Of a DNA stretch of 59,681 nucleotides, positions 35,263 through 45,474 are shown in pieces. Under the pieces are notes generated by a model, which saw only the letters and a program-made list of their open reading frames with translations, searched no databases and was not told where the DNA came from. Source of the stretch: a virus (taxonomy: Duplodnaviria; Caudoviricetes); the IMG/VR virus record IMGVR_UViG_3300031787_000134, positions 1-59,681 of that record. The stretch is one strand, 5' to 3'. The stretch's first letter is position 1. Each line of letters begins with the position of its first letter. Position numbers and translations under genes: made by a program.

Positions 35263-38200
35263 ATGCCTATCGATATTAGTACATTGCCGCCGATGCCGGA
35301 CGAGTTGAAGACTTCTCCGCTTGGTGTGGCTCGTCCTGATGTCGTGGCATCTCTGCCCCCAATGCCGAAGGCGGAGCAGCCTCCTGCCCAGCCCCAGGAG
35401 TTGCCGTCAATGGCGGCCCCAATCGAATTGCCTCCGATGCCCAAAGCGCCGGAGGAGCAGATGTATTGGCAACTCCAAGCCGAGAAAGAGAAGTACGGGC
35501 TCGGGAATAGTTTGTCGCCGACCGCTATGGAGCAGAGGGGCGGGATGATTACGAGTCGCGGCATTAGCGACGACGAGGTTCGCGCCTTCGCCCAACATTA
35601 CAAGCTTGACTTTGATACAGCCAGAAAGCTGGCCACGCTTAGGGGAGCGGTACCCCCCATGTCCGAGATTGATTCGGTAAGTGAGCTGCTCCAAGCCGCC
35701 GCAGGCAAGCTCAACCTCGCGACCGGAAACTTGGCAGGATGGGTTGGCAAGAAAGCGTTGACCGATGACCCCGCTATTCGGAACTTCCTTGACGACATCG
35801 GAGAACTGGCCGACGGCCGGGCCGGATTAGGGGAAGTAGTGGCTGGCTTACTCGTTCCAGGGGCCGCGATTGGCAAGGCCGGTAAGGCGTACACCGTGGG
35901 CCGGAAGCTGCAAGCTGCGGCCGGAGCGGCCGCTACCGGAGCCGGATACGGTCTTGCTGGTAGCAAAGAGGGCAAAGAAGTAGAAGGCCTAGCAGCGGGA
36001 GCCATCTTTGGTACAGGCTTGGCAGGTGCGGCGGGCGTGGCTGGTAAGCTATTAAGTCGCCGGGGCAAGATGCCTGATGTGGACAATGTCACGAAACAGG
36101 CCCTCGAAGATAGCATCACCCAGCACAAGAAGTTGACTGGGCTTGACTTAGTCGAAGAAACAACTCAAGCGTATCTACCTGTCAAGAAAAGCAATGACGC
36201 GATGAGGGACGCTATTGTCGATGAGGCCCCTCTTACCGATGACGCGGTCAGAGCTATTATTGACGAACAAACCGCTCCCGACACGAGGCAATTGGTCAAG
36301 GAGACGCTGCAAGAAAGATACCTTTCCTCTCTGCCAGAGGCCGAACAATCCGCCGCCCGCGAATACATCAAGTCCGGTAACACGTTCAAGGAACTCGAGG
36401 AAGCGGTTAGTGACAGGGCCATCGCCGAAGAGTTGACCCGCTTACAGAGAAGCGAGTTTGTCAAGGAGATGGAAGGCAGATTCCCCCAATTAAAGTATGT
36501 CCCCACTGAAGCGGGTAAAGTCCGCGCCGGGGAGAGTGAAGTATTCGCTTACCTTAAAAGACAAGGCGATGTCAACCTCAAGAAAGAGTACGACGAGTGG
36601 GCAATAGGCAATACTGCTCGCCAAGTACTGGCCGACGCTGGGGTAAAAGTAAATCCGAACGCGGACATCTTAGGCAAGACGATTGTCAATTTCGCCACTG
36701 ACCGGATGTTCGGTTTCAAGGTAATGGACGAACGCTACGGTTCTGATTTGTTACAGGACTTCTACGATGTCAATACCAACTTCAACCTCTTTACTGGCTT
36801 GAAACAAAAGGCCGGCAACGAGATTGCAGACATCTTTAAAGTAGCCAAGAAGAATGGCTTGCACAAGAAAGCCGCTCAAGTCGAAATTTTAACGAAGTTG
36901 AGAGCTGGACAATATGACCAGCTGACGCCTGAGCAAAAGCAACTAGCCGATGCGATGCGAAGTTTCTTTGAAGGGAAGAGAGAGTTCTTTAATACCGCGA
37001 AAGGCGACAACTACTCCCCCCTCAATATCCCCTTTAGGGAAGACTTCATTGCGCCCCAGATGATGGTAACTCCAGTCGAGTACGTGATTCGGATGAACAA
37101 GAAGCTCGGGGAAGTCAAGGAGCGCATACCCAATTTGGATACTATGGGTACCGATGAGTTCATGCGGCAAGTAAATATCAGACCCGAACTTGCCCAACTA
37201 AAGCAAGGACTTGAAGTAGGAACCGAGCTCCCGATTACCAGCGGCAAGCAACTGGCACTCGCTTTCCAAGACGCGACTCAAAAGGGAGCGTCAGACCCCA
37301 AGATGTATAAGCTGGCGTCTACTTTGATGCCTCGACAAGGGGCGATACCTGATTTCCTTTTAGAAAACAACATCTTCAAACTAATGACGAACTATGTTGA
37401 GGGAACGGGGCGGAGTCTGTACTTGAGGGAGCCGCTAAGTCGGATGGCTGAGAAGGCCAAAACCTTAGAACAAGTGGGCGCTACTCAAGAAGCCAAGTTC
37501 GTTAACCGGTTTATACAAGACAACATGGGTATCAGACAATACTCGATGGCTAAGATTGGCAACCAAGCTAGAATTGCTTTCGCTGATAAGGCAGACAAGC
37601 TACTCCGGAAGTATATTCAAGACGAGGAGCAGAGGGAAGCCGTCATTGCCGGCCTCCGCTTCTTGCCCGAGCTAGCTGCCAATATCCAGTACAACATCTA
37701 CCCAAACGTGCTGGGTCTCAACCCCAGAGCCCACTTGGCGCAATTGACGCAAGTCCTCTTCAAGACCGCACCTGAATTGGGCGGGACCTACGGATACGAA
37801 TCAGCTATCAAGTCAATGCTGTCTGCAGTCATAAACCTCGCCACCAAAGAAGGCCGGGCCAAGTATCTCTCCCGTGTGACCGAACTCGGCCTGGAACCGA
37901 AGGGTTTTGTCCGCGAGGCGAGGGAGGGTTTGGTAGAAGGACTCCAGTCTAGTATCATGTTCTCGGTTCCCGCTAAGGCTCTTCGTGCCTTGGCTGATGC
38001 GTTCATGTACACGTACGGCAAGATGGATACCATCAACCGAGCCATGACGATTGACATTTCGGAACGACTGGTAAGAGATATCGCCGCAGGAAATAAAGAA
38101 GCCCTGCGAGCAGTGCAAAAGATGCCTATCTCGGTCCAGAAAAAGATTGCTTCGAATATGAATAAGCCTGACGCCCAGCTCAAGGCCATTGCCACCCACC

Positions 38201-38793
38201 TCAACGCCGCGACTCAGTTCAACTATAATAGAGCTAGTATGTCCGAGTTAGGCGTCACGCTTGGGCCGATGTTCTCGACCTTTACTAAGTGGCCATTAGC
38301 TATCTCAGGCGATATCTTAGCGGATATGCGTACTAAAGGTATCTTCAAGTCCATGCCCCGGATTGCGGAGAAGTACGCTACCATCTTTGCCTTAGCGATG
38401 GCCGTGGACTCCCTCGTCCACTCGTCCCTTACCGGAGAAGACGCCCAAGCTAATCCCGATTTCAAAGAACTAAGTGACCGGGCTAGAAGGATATTCGGAG
38501 CTGGCGGCTTCAGAACTATGACTCCGGTAGCTTCGTTACAGGCATTTATGCCGAGCAAGACCGAGAAGAATCTCTTTACTCCGCCCGTTGTTGATACCTT
38601 TTATAACGGCGTCATCGGCCCTGTACTGGACGGCGACACCGAAGCGCTAGCCCGAGGGGGAATGAGGTTTCTTACTACCTTTGCTCCGGGGGCTTTTCTA
38701 CAAAGATTGATTATGAATGATATTCCGACTATGTTTGGGGAAGGTTCCAAACCCGAGACACTAGATGACTCTTTACAATTTTATGGCCTATAG
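35263..38793 (+). CDS. large internal virion / DNA-injection protein
   Basis: ~1176 aa, last large late gene; N-terminal LPPMP repeats, Gly/Ala membrane-like segment, helical C-terminus. Confidence 0.6.
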   Translation: MPIDISTLPPMPDELKTSPLGVARPDVVASLPPMPKAEQPPAQPQELPSMAAPIELPPMPKAPEEQMYWQLQAEKEKYGLGNSLSPTAMEQRGGMITSRGISDDEVRAFAQHYKLDFDTARKLATLRGAVPPMSEIDSVSELLQAAAGKLNLATGNLAGWVGKKALTDDPAIRNFLDDIGELADGRAGLGEVVAGLLVPGAAIGKAGKAYTVGRKLQAAAGAAATGAGYGLAGSKEGKEVEGLAAGAIFGTGLAGAAGVAGKLLSRRGKMPDVDNVTKQALEDSITQHKKLTGLDLVEETTQAYLPVKKSNDAMRDAIVDEAPLTDDAVRAIIDEQTAPDTRQLVKETLQERYLSSLPEAEQSAAREYIKSGNTFKELEEAVSDRAIAEELTRLQRSEFVKEMEGRFPQLKYVPTEAGKVRAGESEVFAYLKRQGDVNLKKEYDEWAIGNTARQVLADAGVKVNPNADILGKTIVNFATDRMFGFKVMDERYGSDLLQDFYDVNTNFNLFTGLKQKAGNEIADIFKVAKKNGLHKKAAQVEILTKLRAGQYDQLTPEQKQLADAMRSFFEGKREFFNTAKGDNYSPLNIPFREDFIAPQMMVTPVEYVIRMNKKLGEVKERIPNLDTMGTDEFMRQVNIRPELAQLKQGLEVGTELPITSGKQLALAFQDATQKGASDPKMYKLASTLMPRQGAIPDFLLENNIFKLMTNYVEGTGRSLYLREPLSRMAEKAKTLEQVGATQEAKFVNRFIQDNMGIRQYSMAKIGNQARIAFADKADKLLRKYIQDEEQREAVIAGLRFLPELAANIQYNIYPNVLGLNPRAHLAQLTQVLFKTAPELGGTYGYESAIKSMLSAVINLATKEGRAKYLSRVTELGLEPKGFVREAREGLVEGLQSSIMFSVPAKALRALADAFMYTYGKMDTINRAMTIDISERLVRDIAAGNKEALRAVQKMPISVQKKIASNMNKPDAQLKAIATHLNAATQFNYNRASMSELGVTLGPMFSTFTKWPLAISGDILADMRTKGIFKSMPRIAEKYATIFALAMAVDSLVHSSLTGEDAQANPDFKELSDRARRIFGAGGFRTMTPVASLQAFMPSKTEKNLFTPPVVDTFYNGVIGPVLDGDTEALARGGMRFLTTFAPGAFLQRLIMNDIPTMFGEGSKPETLDDSLQFYGL

Positions 38794-38801
38794 GAGATAG
38801 T

Positions 38802-39023
38802 ATGCCAGCAGTATTAAAGACAGTACTCTTTACAATTTTGACCGCGTTGGGTAAGACTCTCATGGCGATGCTAACGTCGCTCATGACTGAGAAGTTTCTG
38901 AAGAAGGCAATCATTGCCGGTTTGGAAAAGCTAGCTGTCAAGACCAAGTCTGATTTGGATGACCAGCTACTAAAGTATGCTAAAGAGGCTTGGAGCCAGC
39001 AACCCGGTGAGGAGAAGAAGTAA
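38802..39023 (+). CDS. small holin-like/membrane-associated protein
   Basis: Hydrophobic N-terminus and 'KT.S.LDD' motif; AGGAG RBS. Confidence 0.45.
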   Translation: MPAVLKTVLFTILTALGKTLMAMLTSLMTEKFLKKAIIAGLEKLAVKTKSDLDDQLLKYAKEAWSQQPGEEKK

Positions 39024-39313
39024 TGTTCAGTGAAGGACAGAAGAGAAGGGCATCCCTCAACATCTTGGAGAAACTCCGCTCTCAAGGAGTTCCTCCTTCC
39101 GAGAAGGGAGACTCTGGCGAAGAGTTTGACAGCATGTTTGCTAAACTAGATGAGGAAGGGAAGGTCACCACTGGTGGGGAAGCCGAAGTCCCTCCCGAAG
39201 AGAAAAAGAAAAAGAAGAAAGCTTACGAGCGGGGGGACGGGGAAACCAGACAGCCCGCCCCCAACCAGCCCGCCGCCAAAGCTTTCATGGAAGCATTCAA
39301 GAAGACTAAGTAA
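39023..39313 (+). CDS. hypothetical charged protein
   Basis: Coupled by TAATG overlap; last + strand gene before the terminator. Confidence 0.55.
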   Translation: MFSEGQKRRASLNILEKLRSQGVPPSEKGDSGEEFDSMFAKLDEEGKVTTGGEAEVPPEEKKKKKKAYERGDGETRQPAPNQPAAKAFMEAFKKTK

Positions 39314-39315
39314 AA

Positions 39316-39340
39316 GTAAGGGGCCTTGCGGCCCCGTTAC
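39316..39340. terminator. bidirectional terminator at the late/early convergence point
   Basis: GTAAGGGGCC-TTGC-GGCCCCGTTAC hairpin between convergent gene blocks. Confidence 0.7.
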
Positions 39341-39356
39341 TACCTTATGAATGCGT

Positions 39357-39596
39357 TCATAAGTACTTATGTTCTTTGAGTTTCTTGAGCAGGGTCAAGA
39401 GATGGTCCCGGTTGCGTTCGGCTAAGTCAGCGGTATCTACCAAGACACCGATAACCCGGTCTAGCTCGTCTTCAAGAGCGGACATCCTTTCTTCAAGGGA
39501 GCCGCTCCGATACTTACTATATCGTGTATCTCTCTCCTGTACCTGGCGACGTTTCCAGTCCAGGCTCACTATATTCGATTGCTTCTCTTCCTTCAT
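39357..39596 (-). CDS. hypothetical coiled-coil protein
   Basis: 79-aa ORF in the minus-strand operon. Confidence 0.55.
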   Translation of the reverse strand: MKEEKQSNIVSLDWKRRQVQERDTRYSKYRSGSLEERMSALEDELDRVIGVLVDTADLAERNRDHLLTLLKKLKEHKYL

Positions 39597-39732
39597 GTTT
39601 CTTGGCCGCCTCGGCTAGCATTTGTGCTAGTAGTTCCGCTCCTTTGAGGATGTAGTCGAGTCGAGATTTCTCCTCGGCTACCTGCTTTTTCAATACTTCC
39701 AACGTACCCAGTAAATCAATACTCTGTTCCAT
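39517..39732 (-). CDS. hypothetical protein
   Basis: AGGAG RBS; helical. Confidence 0.5.
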   Translation of the reverse strand: MEQSIDLLGTLEVLKKQVAEEKSRLDYILKGAELLAQMLAEAAKKHEGREAIEYSEPGLETSPGTGERYTI

Positions 39733-39765
39733 ATCACGTCTCCTATTATATCACGTTAGTGGTTA

Positions 39766-40173
39766 TCAAGCTAGTAGAGAAAGACGCACTGCCCAAGTTA
39801 CCTCGGACGCTTTTATACCCTTCCGAAAGGTGGCGGAGTAGCTGGGGACGGTACGTCCCATCTCTCCCGGCCAAATGATGTGGCTGCTCCCTACTGAAGC
39901 GACAGCCTGCAACTCGGGATTATAGTGGACCATGACCGCGAAGTTGCCTCTGACATGGATGCTGCAAGCGGCAACGACTTCAAGGTGCTGGTTCGCTTTG
40001 GCCTCGTCGAGAGTTGTGCCGTCATCTTTGAGGAAGTGAGAGAAAGGTATCTCGACGTATTGGTAATTGGGGCCGAACTTGGACTCAAAGCCGGGGCTCA
40101 TCTCCAGCCCCATGTAGGCGGAAAGTCGGCTGCCTCTCGTCAGATTGAGAAACATACTGTCCATTCTTGGCAC
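39766..40173 (-). CDS. hypothetical protein, possibly degenerate dUTPase-like fold
   Basis: AAGGAG RBS; beta-rich; canonical dUTPase motifs not clear. Confidence 0.4.
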   Translation of the reverse strand: MPRMDSMFLNLTRGSRLSAYMGLEMSPGFESKFGPNYQYVEIPFSHFLKDDGTTLDEAKANQHLEVVAACSIHVRGNFAVMVHYNPELQAVASVGSSHIIWPGEMGRTVPSYSATFRKGIKASEVTWAVRLSLLA

Positions 40174-40270
40174 TCCTTTTTGATACGCCGCAAAATGTCG
40201 GCGGTGTTTGTATTACGAATCCTTCTGGGACCAGCCGCGTAAACCTTACCAGTCTTACTTACTAGTAGCT

Positions 40271-40597
40271 TCACTTCTTCTCCTTCTTGCTGGCCGCCCT
40301 CAACTCGCGAGCGGCTTTGAGCAATTCCTTTTTAGTGGCCCCGTGTGACGAGGCTGCCCTTACTTGAAGCTTGCTGCTCTCTTTTAACAGTTGATAATCG
40401 CCGCCACGCTTGTACCCATCCGGGTATGATTCCTTAGTGGTGTTGGGTAACGACCACACGCGACGGACTCCCCTCTCCCCACAATTGTCACACGTGTAGA
40501 GGGTGTCCCAATCACTCGCACTATCGCGCGGCACAAGCTGGTCAGACTTGTTCTGACAAACAGCACATAGTGTGTCAATACTCATCAGGCCCATCAC
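40271..40597 (-). CDS. FmdB-like zinc-ribbon protein
   Basis: CxxC...CxxCG...RVWS.P. Confidence 0.6.
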   Translation of the reverse strand: MMGLMSIDTLCAVCQNKSDQLVPRDSASDWDTLYTCDNCGERGVRRVWSLPNTTKESYPDGYKRGGDYQLLKESSKLQVRAASSHGATKKELLKAARELRAASKKEKK

Positions 40598-40599
40598 TG

Positions 40600-41055
40600 T
40601 TACCTCCGGTACCTGTTATCACGTAAGGTTCCCAACTGCTCACAATGAAGCAGCATTGCAAGGGTTGCACGAGCATGTCCAATATGGTGTAGCCCTGACT
40701 CGGGGTCGTATGTCTCCCCTCCGTTGTACGCGAATAGGTGGCGTAGTGCTGCGGCAGTGAGCCGGGATACTTCGAAACCGTTAGTGTAATTGTACCTGCC
40801 ATACTTCTTTTCTCCAAATCCCAAGGCTAAAGCTTCAGTTGATATCGCTATATAGGGAACGAGAGACAAGTCGGGTTTCCCATTGTCGTGTTTAGCTCCT
40901 TCCGCAGCCTTCGGGTCGGAGTGTTGCTTCATGTGGGATAGGGGGTCATTCATTACTTCCGTTACACCGGCAAAGATGTCGTTAGCGGGGAGGGGCTGGG
41001 CCCCGATACCGTACTGCTTCTTCGTCATTTCCCACTCCCAAGATTTCGGGTGCAT
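40600..41055 (-). CDS. dATP/dGTP diphosphohydrolase domain protein (DUF5664-like)
   Basis: KHDNGKP...GEKKYG..NY...RHL...DPESGLHHIGHA signature. Confidence 0.85.
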   Translation of the reverse strand: MHPKSWEWEMTKKQYGIGAQPLPANDIFAGVTEVMNDPLSHMKQHSDPKAAEGAKHDNGKPDLSLVPYIAISTEALALGFGEKKYGRYNYTNGFEVSRLTAAALRHLFAYNGGETYDPESGLHHIGHARATLAMLLHCEQLGTLRDNRYRR

Positions 41056-41063
41056 ACTATCTC

Positions 41064-41570
41064 CTACTTGAAAAAGATTACGTCGTCCAGCGGGACGAGT
41101 AGTTTCTTATCGGCGTTATCGGCGTGGAACTTTAGTAATTTTTCTTTGGGCACGATATAGCCTAGTGTGGTGTAGCCTTTGTTCCTTACCGGACATGGCC
41201 TGAAGGCCGCGAGGTTTGCCTCGAGGTACTTCACTAGAGCGGCCGTACAGAAGACAAACAACTCGTCAGTCTCGGCGAACCAGTAGAGGTAGTACGTAGC
41301 TCCATGAGCTGCGGCTTGCCAGGGTCCACCGGGCTTACCGGCCCGCTCGGGGGTGGCCTCGACGGACCACCTCTCCATAAACAAGTTCGTGCTCTTGCTA
41401 TAGAAGTCGGTCTTCAATTCTAGAATGGCGCGAGACCACTTCACTTGAAGGTCGCCTTTTCGCCCATCGGTGCGAACAATCGCACCTTGACCATACCGTT
41501 CCAGGAAGTCCTTCTCGGCAGCTTTGCCCTTCTTTAATTGGGCCGCCATACTAAACGTCTTGCTTTTCAT
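41064..41570 (-). CDS. PD-(D/E)XK-family nuclease
   Basis: GD...ELKTD...NLFME motif as in small phage restriction-like nucleases. Confidence 0.6.
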   Translation of the reverse strand: MKSKTFSMAAQLKKGKAAEKDFLERYGQGAIVRTDGRKGDLQVKWSRAILELKTDFYSKSTNLFMERWSVEATPERAGKPGGPWQAAAHGATYYLYWFAETDELFVFCTAALVKYLEANLAAFRPCPVRNKGYTTLGYIVPKEKLLKFHADNADKKLLVPLDDVIFFK

Positions 41571-41647
41571 CGGACTTCCCTTATCGTTACAGGTAACTAC
41601 CACAATTTGGTTAATGTATCACAGGTATGTTAGATAGCCAAAACATG

Positions 41648-44125
41648 TTAAGTATCTGCTTTCCCATCAACTAAACAATCTAGGAACCACCGTGGTAGTA
41701 AGTGACTACCTTCGTTGTATAGTCTCATAAAGCTGCTATCCAAGCAATATGTTACTCCGTAATCCGCCTCGTGCCGCGACACCCGGCCCCCGGCCTGTAT
41801 CACAGTCTTCGCTGTCTCCCACAGATACCACTCGGGGTCCCGCTCTGCCAAAGCGGAGACCGCAGGGTCTCCAAGAGACGGCCAAGGAATCTTGGTGATG
41901 ACTTGCCAACGTCCCAAGTCGTCAGGCAAATCACATCCCTCGTACATCCCACTAGCGACAAGGATACTGCCCGGCGTGGTGAGATACCGTTGGTACATTT
42001 CTTTTTTGTTCTCTTTAGTGTGGAAGATGAACCTCCTATCGACAAGCTTACTCCGAAGGAGGTCGGCCATCTGATACGTGGCATGTACTAATCCCCGTTC
42101 GCCTTGGTGCCGCTCGAGCAGATGACTATTTATATAGTCAGCTATCACTTCGACTGACCGCTCCATATTGGCCCGGTTAACGGAGACAATGTCGTCCACT
42201 ATAAAAGGCCGCCGGTCGGGGGGAATCGGGGAGGGGCTATGCAAGTACGCCACCCGTTTGCCACTGAGGCCTAGGGTTTCGATATCCTTCGCTCCTATGG
42301 TTGCTGACAACAGTATCACCTTTGATACCTCCGATGGCCAAAGGCGCCGGGCTTCCTGCCCCACCTCAAGCGGAGTGAGCACAATGCAGTCCCGGTCCTC
42401 GGGCTCCCCGCGCTTCGTTCCCTTCCCATTAAATTCACGTACTGCCCTCGATACGCTATAAGCCGGGTGCCTACTCCGAAGAGTATCGAGGAGCTTCTCC
42501 ACCTTCACAGTCTTCTTCTTTTTGGGCGGGAGTCGCTCGGCCCAAGCTAGTAACTGCTCCCGACTGTATGCCGACGTGGGGTATAAATGGTCATGCCTCC
42601 ACAGAACTACTTCTCCCATACTACGGAGTGCTGGTATCAATTGGTGTGCTTCATCGACGATGAGGACATCTCGGTATAGGCGGTGGGCAAGGTAAGCATG
42701 GTACGTGTATACGCCCGGCCCCCGTCTGTACTTGGCTTGCGCTAGTTGTGTGCCGCAGGCGCAGCCCCTACAAAAGCCCTTCTTGATAGCGCGGACTTTA
42801 GCGCAAGGGAGCTGGCTATCCTCGCACCAATATGAGTCCAGCCGACGAAGAGTCGGCGTGTCCGGAAAGGTGGACAGGAACTGGTCGACTAGTTGATTGG
42901 TGGGGTTAATATACGAGGCGGAGTGCCCTGCTTTTAGCAGGGTCTTTGCAAGTGCGGACTTGCCTGTGTTGTGGGTTACTGTAAAATCTTCCATAAGGTA
43001 TAGATGGTTGCCGTCTAGTTCAAATCCAAAGTATTCTTGAACACCCAAATCTTCAACCTTTTTTATCCCGTCATTTCGTTGGTTTGATTTACTATTCAGT
43101 AGTGCTCCTCTCTTGTGTGGCACTAAGAGTGGTAGTTCGTTGACTCTTTGTGACGACATGTGAATACGATAATAGGGAGTACCTTTTATGACCTTTGTTT
43201 TTATCTTACCTACAGCAAATCCAAGACTGCGGGCAAGAAATACTACGTGTTGTATGAGTTTTAAATTTTTTTGGATAATCTCAATGGTTCCCATACCCGG
43301 CAGTACGTGTCCGTCGGTATCAACTAATCCAGCCAATAAAGCTAGACGACATTCGTAAGATGCAGTTAAGTACTGATGTGGAATATGCTTATTGTCTAAC
43401 ACGCCCAAGGAGCGAAGCTTATTTAAGATGGGATTTTTTTGTCCTCGAGGTACCGCGAGATGTCTGGTAATAGCTCGGTTATCTTGCTTTTTTTCGTCCC
43501 GAATCTTAAGGCCATATTCGTTTCCAATTTCTGCCCAATAGTCCAAGATAGTTGCATCCATATTCGTGACCGCCACTGTATTAGAAGAGCCATCTCCAAG
43601 CCAAGTTCCCAGAAAATATGGAGGAAGAGGAAGCTCTCCATCGCTTGGTCTAAAATCGATTCGTTCCGGCTTCCATAATTTAGTGCAATGCTTGTGGGAC
43701 TTAGAGGAGTTATTCCAATCAGATACAGTTTGCGTAATTAATTCATGTGTAAAATATCTGGGCGCTGGTCTGTTATATCCACCGTGTCGTTTGTAATATT
43801 GCAGGGACAGGATGTGATTATGTGTAACATCAAAGCTGGCCCCCCTGGTGGGGGTTACTCGCATCATTTTATCTCGGCCAGAAAATAGTTCTAGAACGGT
43901 GCGCGGTTTTGAGTCGGGTCCCATAAGCTGGTCACCAACTCGTATGTCCTCTACCGCGCGAAGTGTTCCGTCATACATGATGACCTTCTGTCCTCGGGCG
44001 TGACATGCAGTCGGAGCCACAATGACGAAGACATCGTAACGGTCCCACTGCTGCTCTAACAAAGTCAGAGTTTCTTTCTGAAAGTCCCGTATCACTTTGT
44101 ACGGGAAGTGTTTCAAGAGTTCCAC
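41648..44125 (-). CDS. DinG/Rad3-like SF2 helicase containing an intein
   Basis: Spliced Walker A APTA|TGKS, DEAH, SAT, EGCDLPDD, KIPWP, Q.xGR motifs. Confidence 0.9.
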   Translation of the reverse strand: MELLKHFPYKVIRDFQKETLTLLEQQWDRYDVFVIVAPTACHARGQKVIMYDGTLRAVEDIRVGDQLMGPDSKPRTVLELFSGRDKMMRVTPTRGASFDVTHNHILSLQYYKRHGGYNRPAPRYFTHELITQTVSDWNNSSKSHKHCTKLWKPERIDFRPSDGELPLPPYFLGTWLGDGSSNTVAVTNMDATILDYWAEIGNEYGLKIRDEKKQDNRAITRHLAVPRGQKNPILNKLRSLGVLDNKHIPHQYLTASYECRLALLAGLVDTDGHVLPGMGTIEIIQKNLKLIQHVVFLARSLGFAVGKIKTKVIKGTPYYRIHMSSQRVNELPLLVPHKRGALLNSKSNQRNDGIKKVEDLGVQEYFGFELDGNHLYLMEDFTVTHNTGKSALAKTLLKAGHSASYINPTNQLVDQFLSTFPDTPTLRRLDSYWCEDSQLPCAKVRAIKKGFCRGCACGTQLAQAKYRRGPGVYTYHAYLAHRLYRDVLIVDEAHQLIPALRSMGEVVLWRHDHLYPTSAYSREQLLAWAERLPPKKKKTVKVEKLLDTLRSRHPAYSVSRAVREFNGKGTKRGEPEDRDCIVLTPLEVGQEARRLWPSEVSKVILLSATIGAKDIETLGLSGKRVAYLHSPSPIPPDRRPFIVDDIVSVNRANMERSVEVIADYINSHLLERHQGERGLVHATYQMADLLRSKLVDRRFIFHTKENKKEMYQRYLTTPGSILVASGMYEGCDLPDDLGRWQVITKIPWPSLGDPAVSALAERDPEWYLWETAKTVIQAGGRVSRHEADYGVTYCLDSSFMRLYNEGSHLLPRWFLDCLVDGKADT
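42968..44005 (-). mobile_element. intein with LAGLIDADG homing endonuclease (346 aa) in the helicase P-loop
   Basis: Starts CHARG, ends THN, +1 Thr; FLGTWLGDG and LLAGLVDTDG blocks; AT-richer than the exteins. Confidence 0.92.
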
Positions 44126-44142
44126 AACCGCCTCCGAAAAAG

Positions 44143-44322
44143 TTATCGAGCCCGTCGCCGCAATTCCGCCATTGTCCTACTATTGTCCAGCCGAATCACA
44201 CTGATGTCAGTGTGGAGGTCGACTATCGCCCATATCAATTGCTGAATCTTGTACGTGATAAGGGCCACGCCTAGTACTCCCACTGCAATAAGGATACCGA
44301 TTAATGCTTTAATCTCTAGCAT
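44143..44322 (-). CDS. small membrane protein (59 aa)
   Basis: Read manually; GAGG RBS; N-terminal TM helix. Confidence 0.45.
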   Translation of the reverse strand: MLEIKALIGILIAVGVLGVALITYKIQQLIWAIVDLHTDISVIRLDNSRTMAELRRRAR

Positions 44323-44526
44323 GACTCACCTCTGTTAATTTCAAGACAAAGTCCGAATCCGAATAGTAGGACGTCTACTACTATTAGCTGTCCCCCTAGT
44401 AAGGGGGATACCTCGAAGACAGTATCGGCCATAATACCGATGCCTCGCTTGGATATCCGGAGTACAGGAAGTATCAATGAGACACTAATCCTCCCCACTA
44501 ATTTACTATATACTACCCCGCCGATG

Positions 44527-44709
44527 TTAATACCCGTCACGGAACCACCCCCCACCCAGGAGCAGGAATGCTCCCGCTGTTATCGCTCTCTGAAACGAGG
44601 TTCCGCCACATAGTTCACACCTCTCTTCGGGCGGCACATCCCTGTCGTCAATCTTGCGGATGACTTCGACTTGCTTTCCGCACTGAGTACAGTCCCACTG
44701 ATAGAGCAT
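44527..44709 (-). CDS. FmdB-family zinc-ribbon protein
   Basis: YQWDCTQCG...CELCG...GGGWFRDGY; AAGGAG RBS. Confidence 0.8.
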   Translation of the reverse strand: MLYQWDCTQCGKQVEVIRKIDDRDVPPEERCELCGGTSFQRAITAGAFLLLGGGWFRDGY

Positions 44710-44786
44710 ACTTGTTACTCCTTGTTGATGCTCCGGCCCCATCCCCACTAGCTGAAGCGAGTGGTGAGGGACCGACGACTTGTTAC

Positions 44787-44972
44787 TTATCCCGCGGAGC
44801 GGGGCAGCCCATGTACCTTATCGACATAATCGGGATGAACCTTTACACTTACTATTCCGGGCCGCCCAATGAGGGTATACACAAGGCCGTACACTTCTTG
44901 TTGGGTGTCTGCATCGACCTCGTAGTCAGCTACCTCGCCCATGGCGTTACGAGCCGTTAGTAGTATCTTCAT
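44787..44972 (-). CDS. hypothetical protein
   Basis: 61-aa ORF with GAGGTGG RBS. Confidence 0.5.
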   Translation of the reverse strand: MKILLTARNAMGEVADYEVDADTQQEVYGLVYTLIGRPGIVSVKVHPDYVDKVHGLPRSAG

Positions 44973-45114
44973 TCCACCACCTCATATTCTTCAATGTACA
45001 GATGGTCTGCACTATACTCATCAGTTAAGTCAACTAGTATTCGCTCGGCGGTTTCTTTGGTTTTGCAAATTGCTGGCACAAAAGAAAACCCGGCAGCGTG
45101 GATGACATAAACTT

Positions 45115-45426
45115 TCATTCTACTACTCCGTTATCTTGTAAAATTTGATTGAACAATCCTTCCAGTTGACCAATTAAGTAGGTGGCATCCTTGAAAGATT
45201 GGTACTCATCTCGGGGCCAATCGGCCACACTCGCATGTTGAACCACCAGCTCGTCCAACTTCTCGACCAGTTGTTGGATGTCAGCACGGCTATACCCGTG
45301 CTTGCGTGCTGGTCTGAAGACTTGCTGTCTAGCGTCGAACAGGGCAGCGGCCATCTTCCCGGCACTAGATGCTTGGTCAAACTCTTCTTGCTCTTCTGGT
45401 AGACTGAATTCCAAGATACCTTTCAT
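45115..45426 (-). CDS. hypothetical phage protein (MKxILEFxLPE family)
   Basis: AAGGAG RBS; common phage N-terminal motif. Confidence 0.65.
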   Translation of the reverse strand: MKGILEFSLPEEQEEFDQASSAGKMAAALFDARQQVFRPARKHGYSRADIQQLVEKLDELVVQHASVADWPRDEYQSFKDATYLIGQLEGLFNQILQDNGVVE

Positions 45427-45474
45427 TGCTGACTCCTTTCAGTAGTCATCATTCCTCAAACGCCGGTATGGCTT

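Noticed and set aside
40600-41055. 2-aminoadenine (Z) or other modified-base genome
   Set aside because: A DUF5664-like gene is present, but no purZ-like synthetase or other modification genes were recognised.
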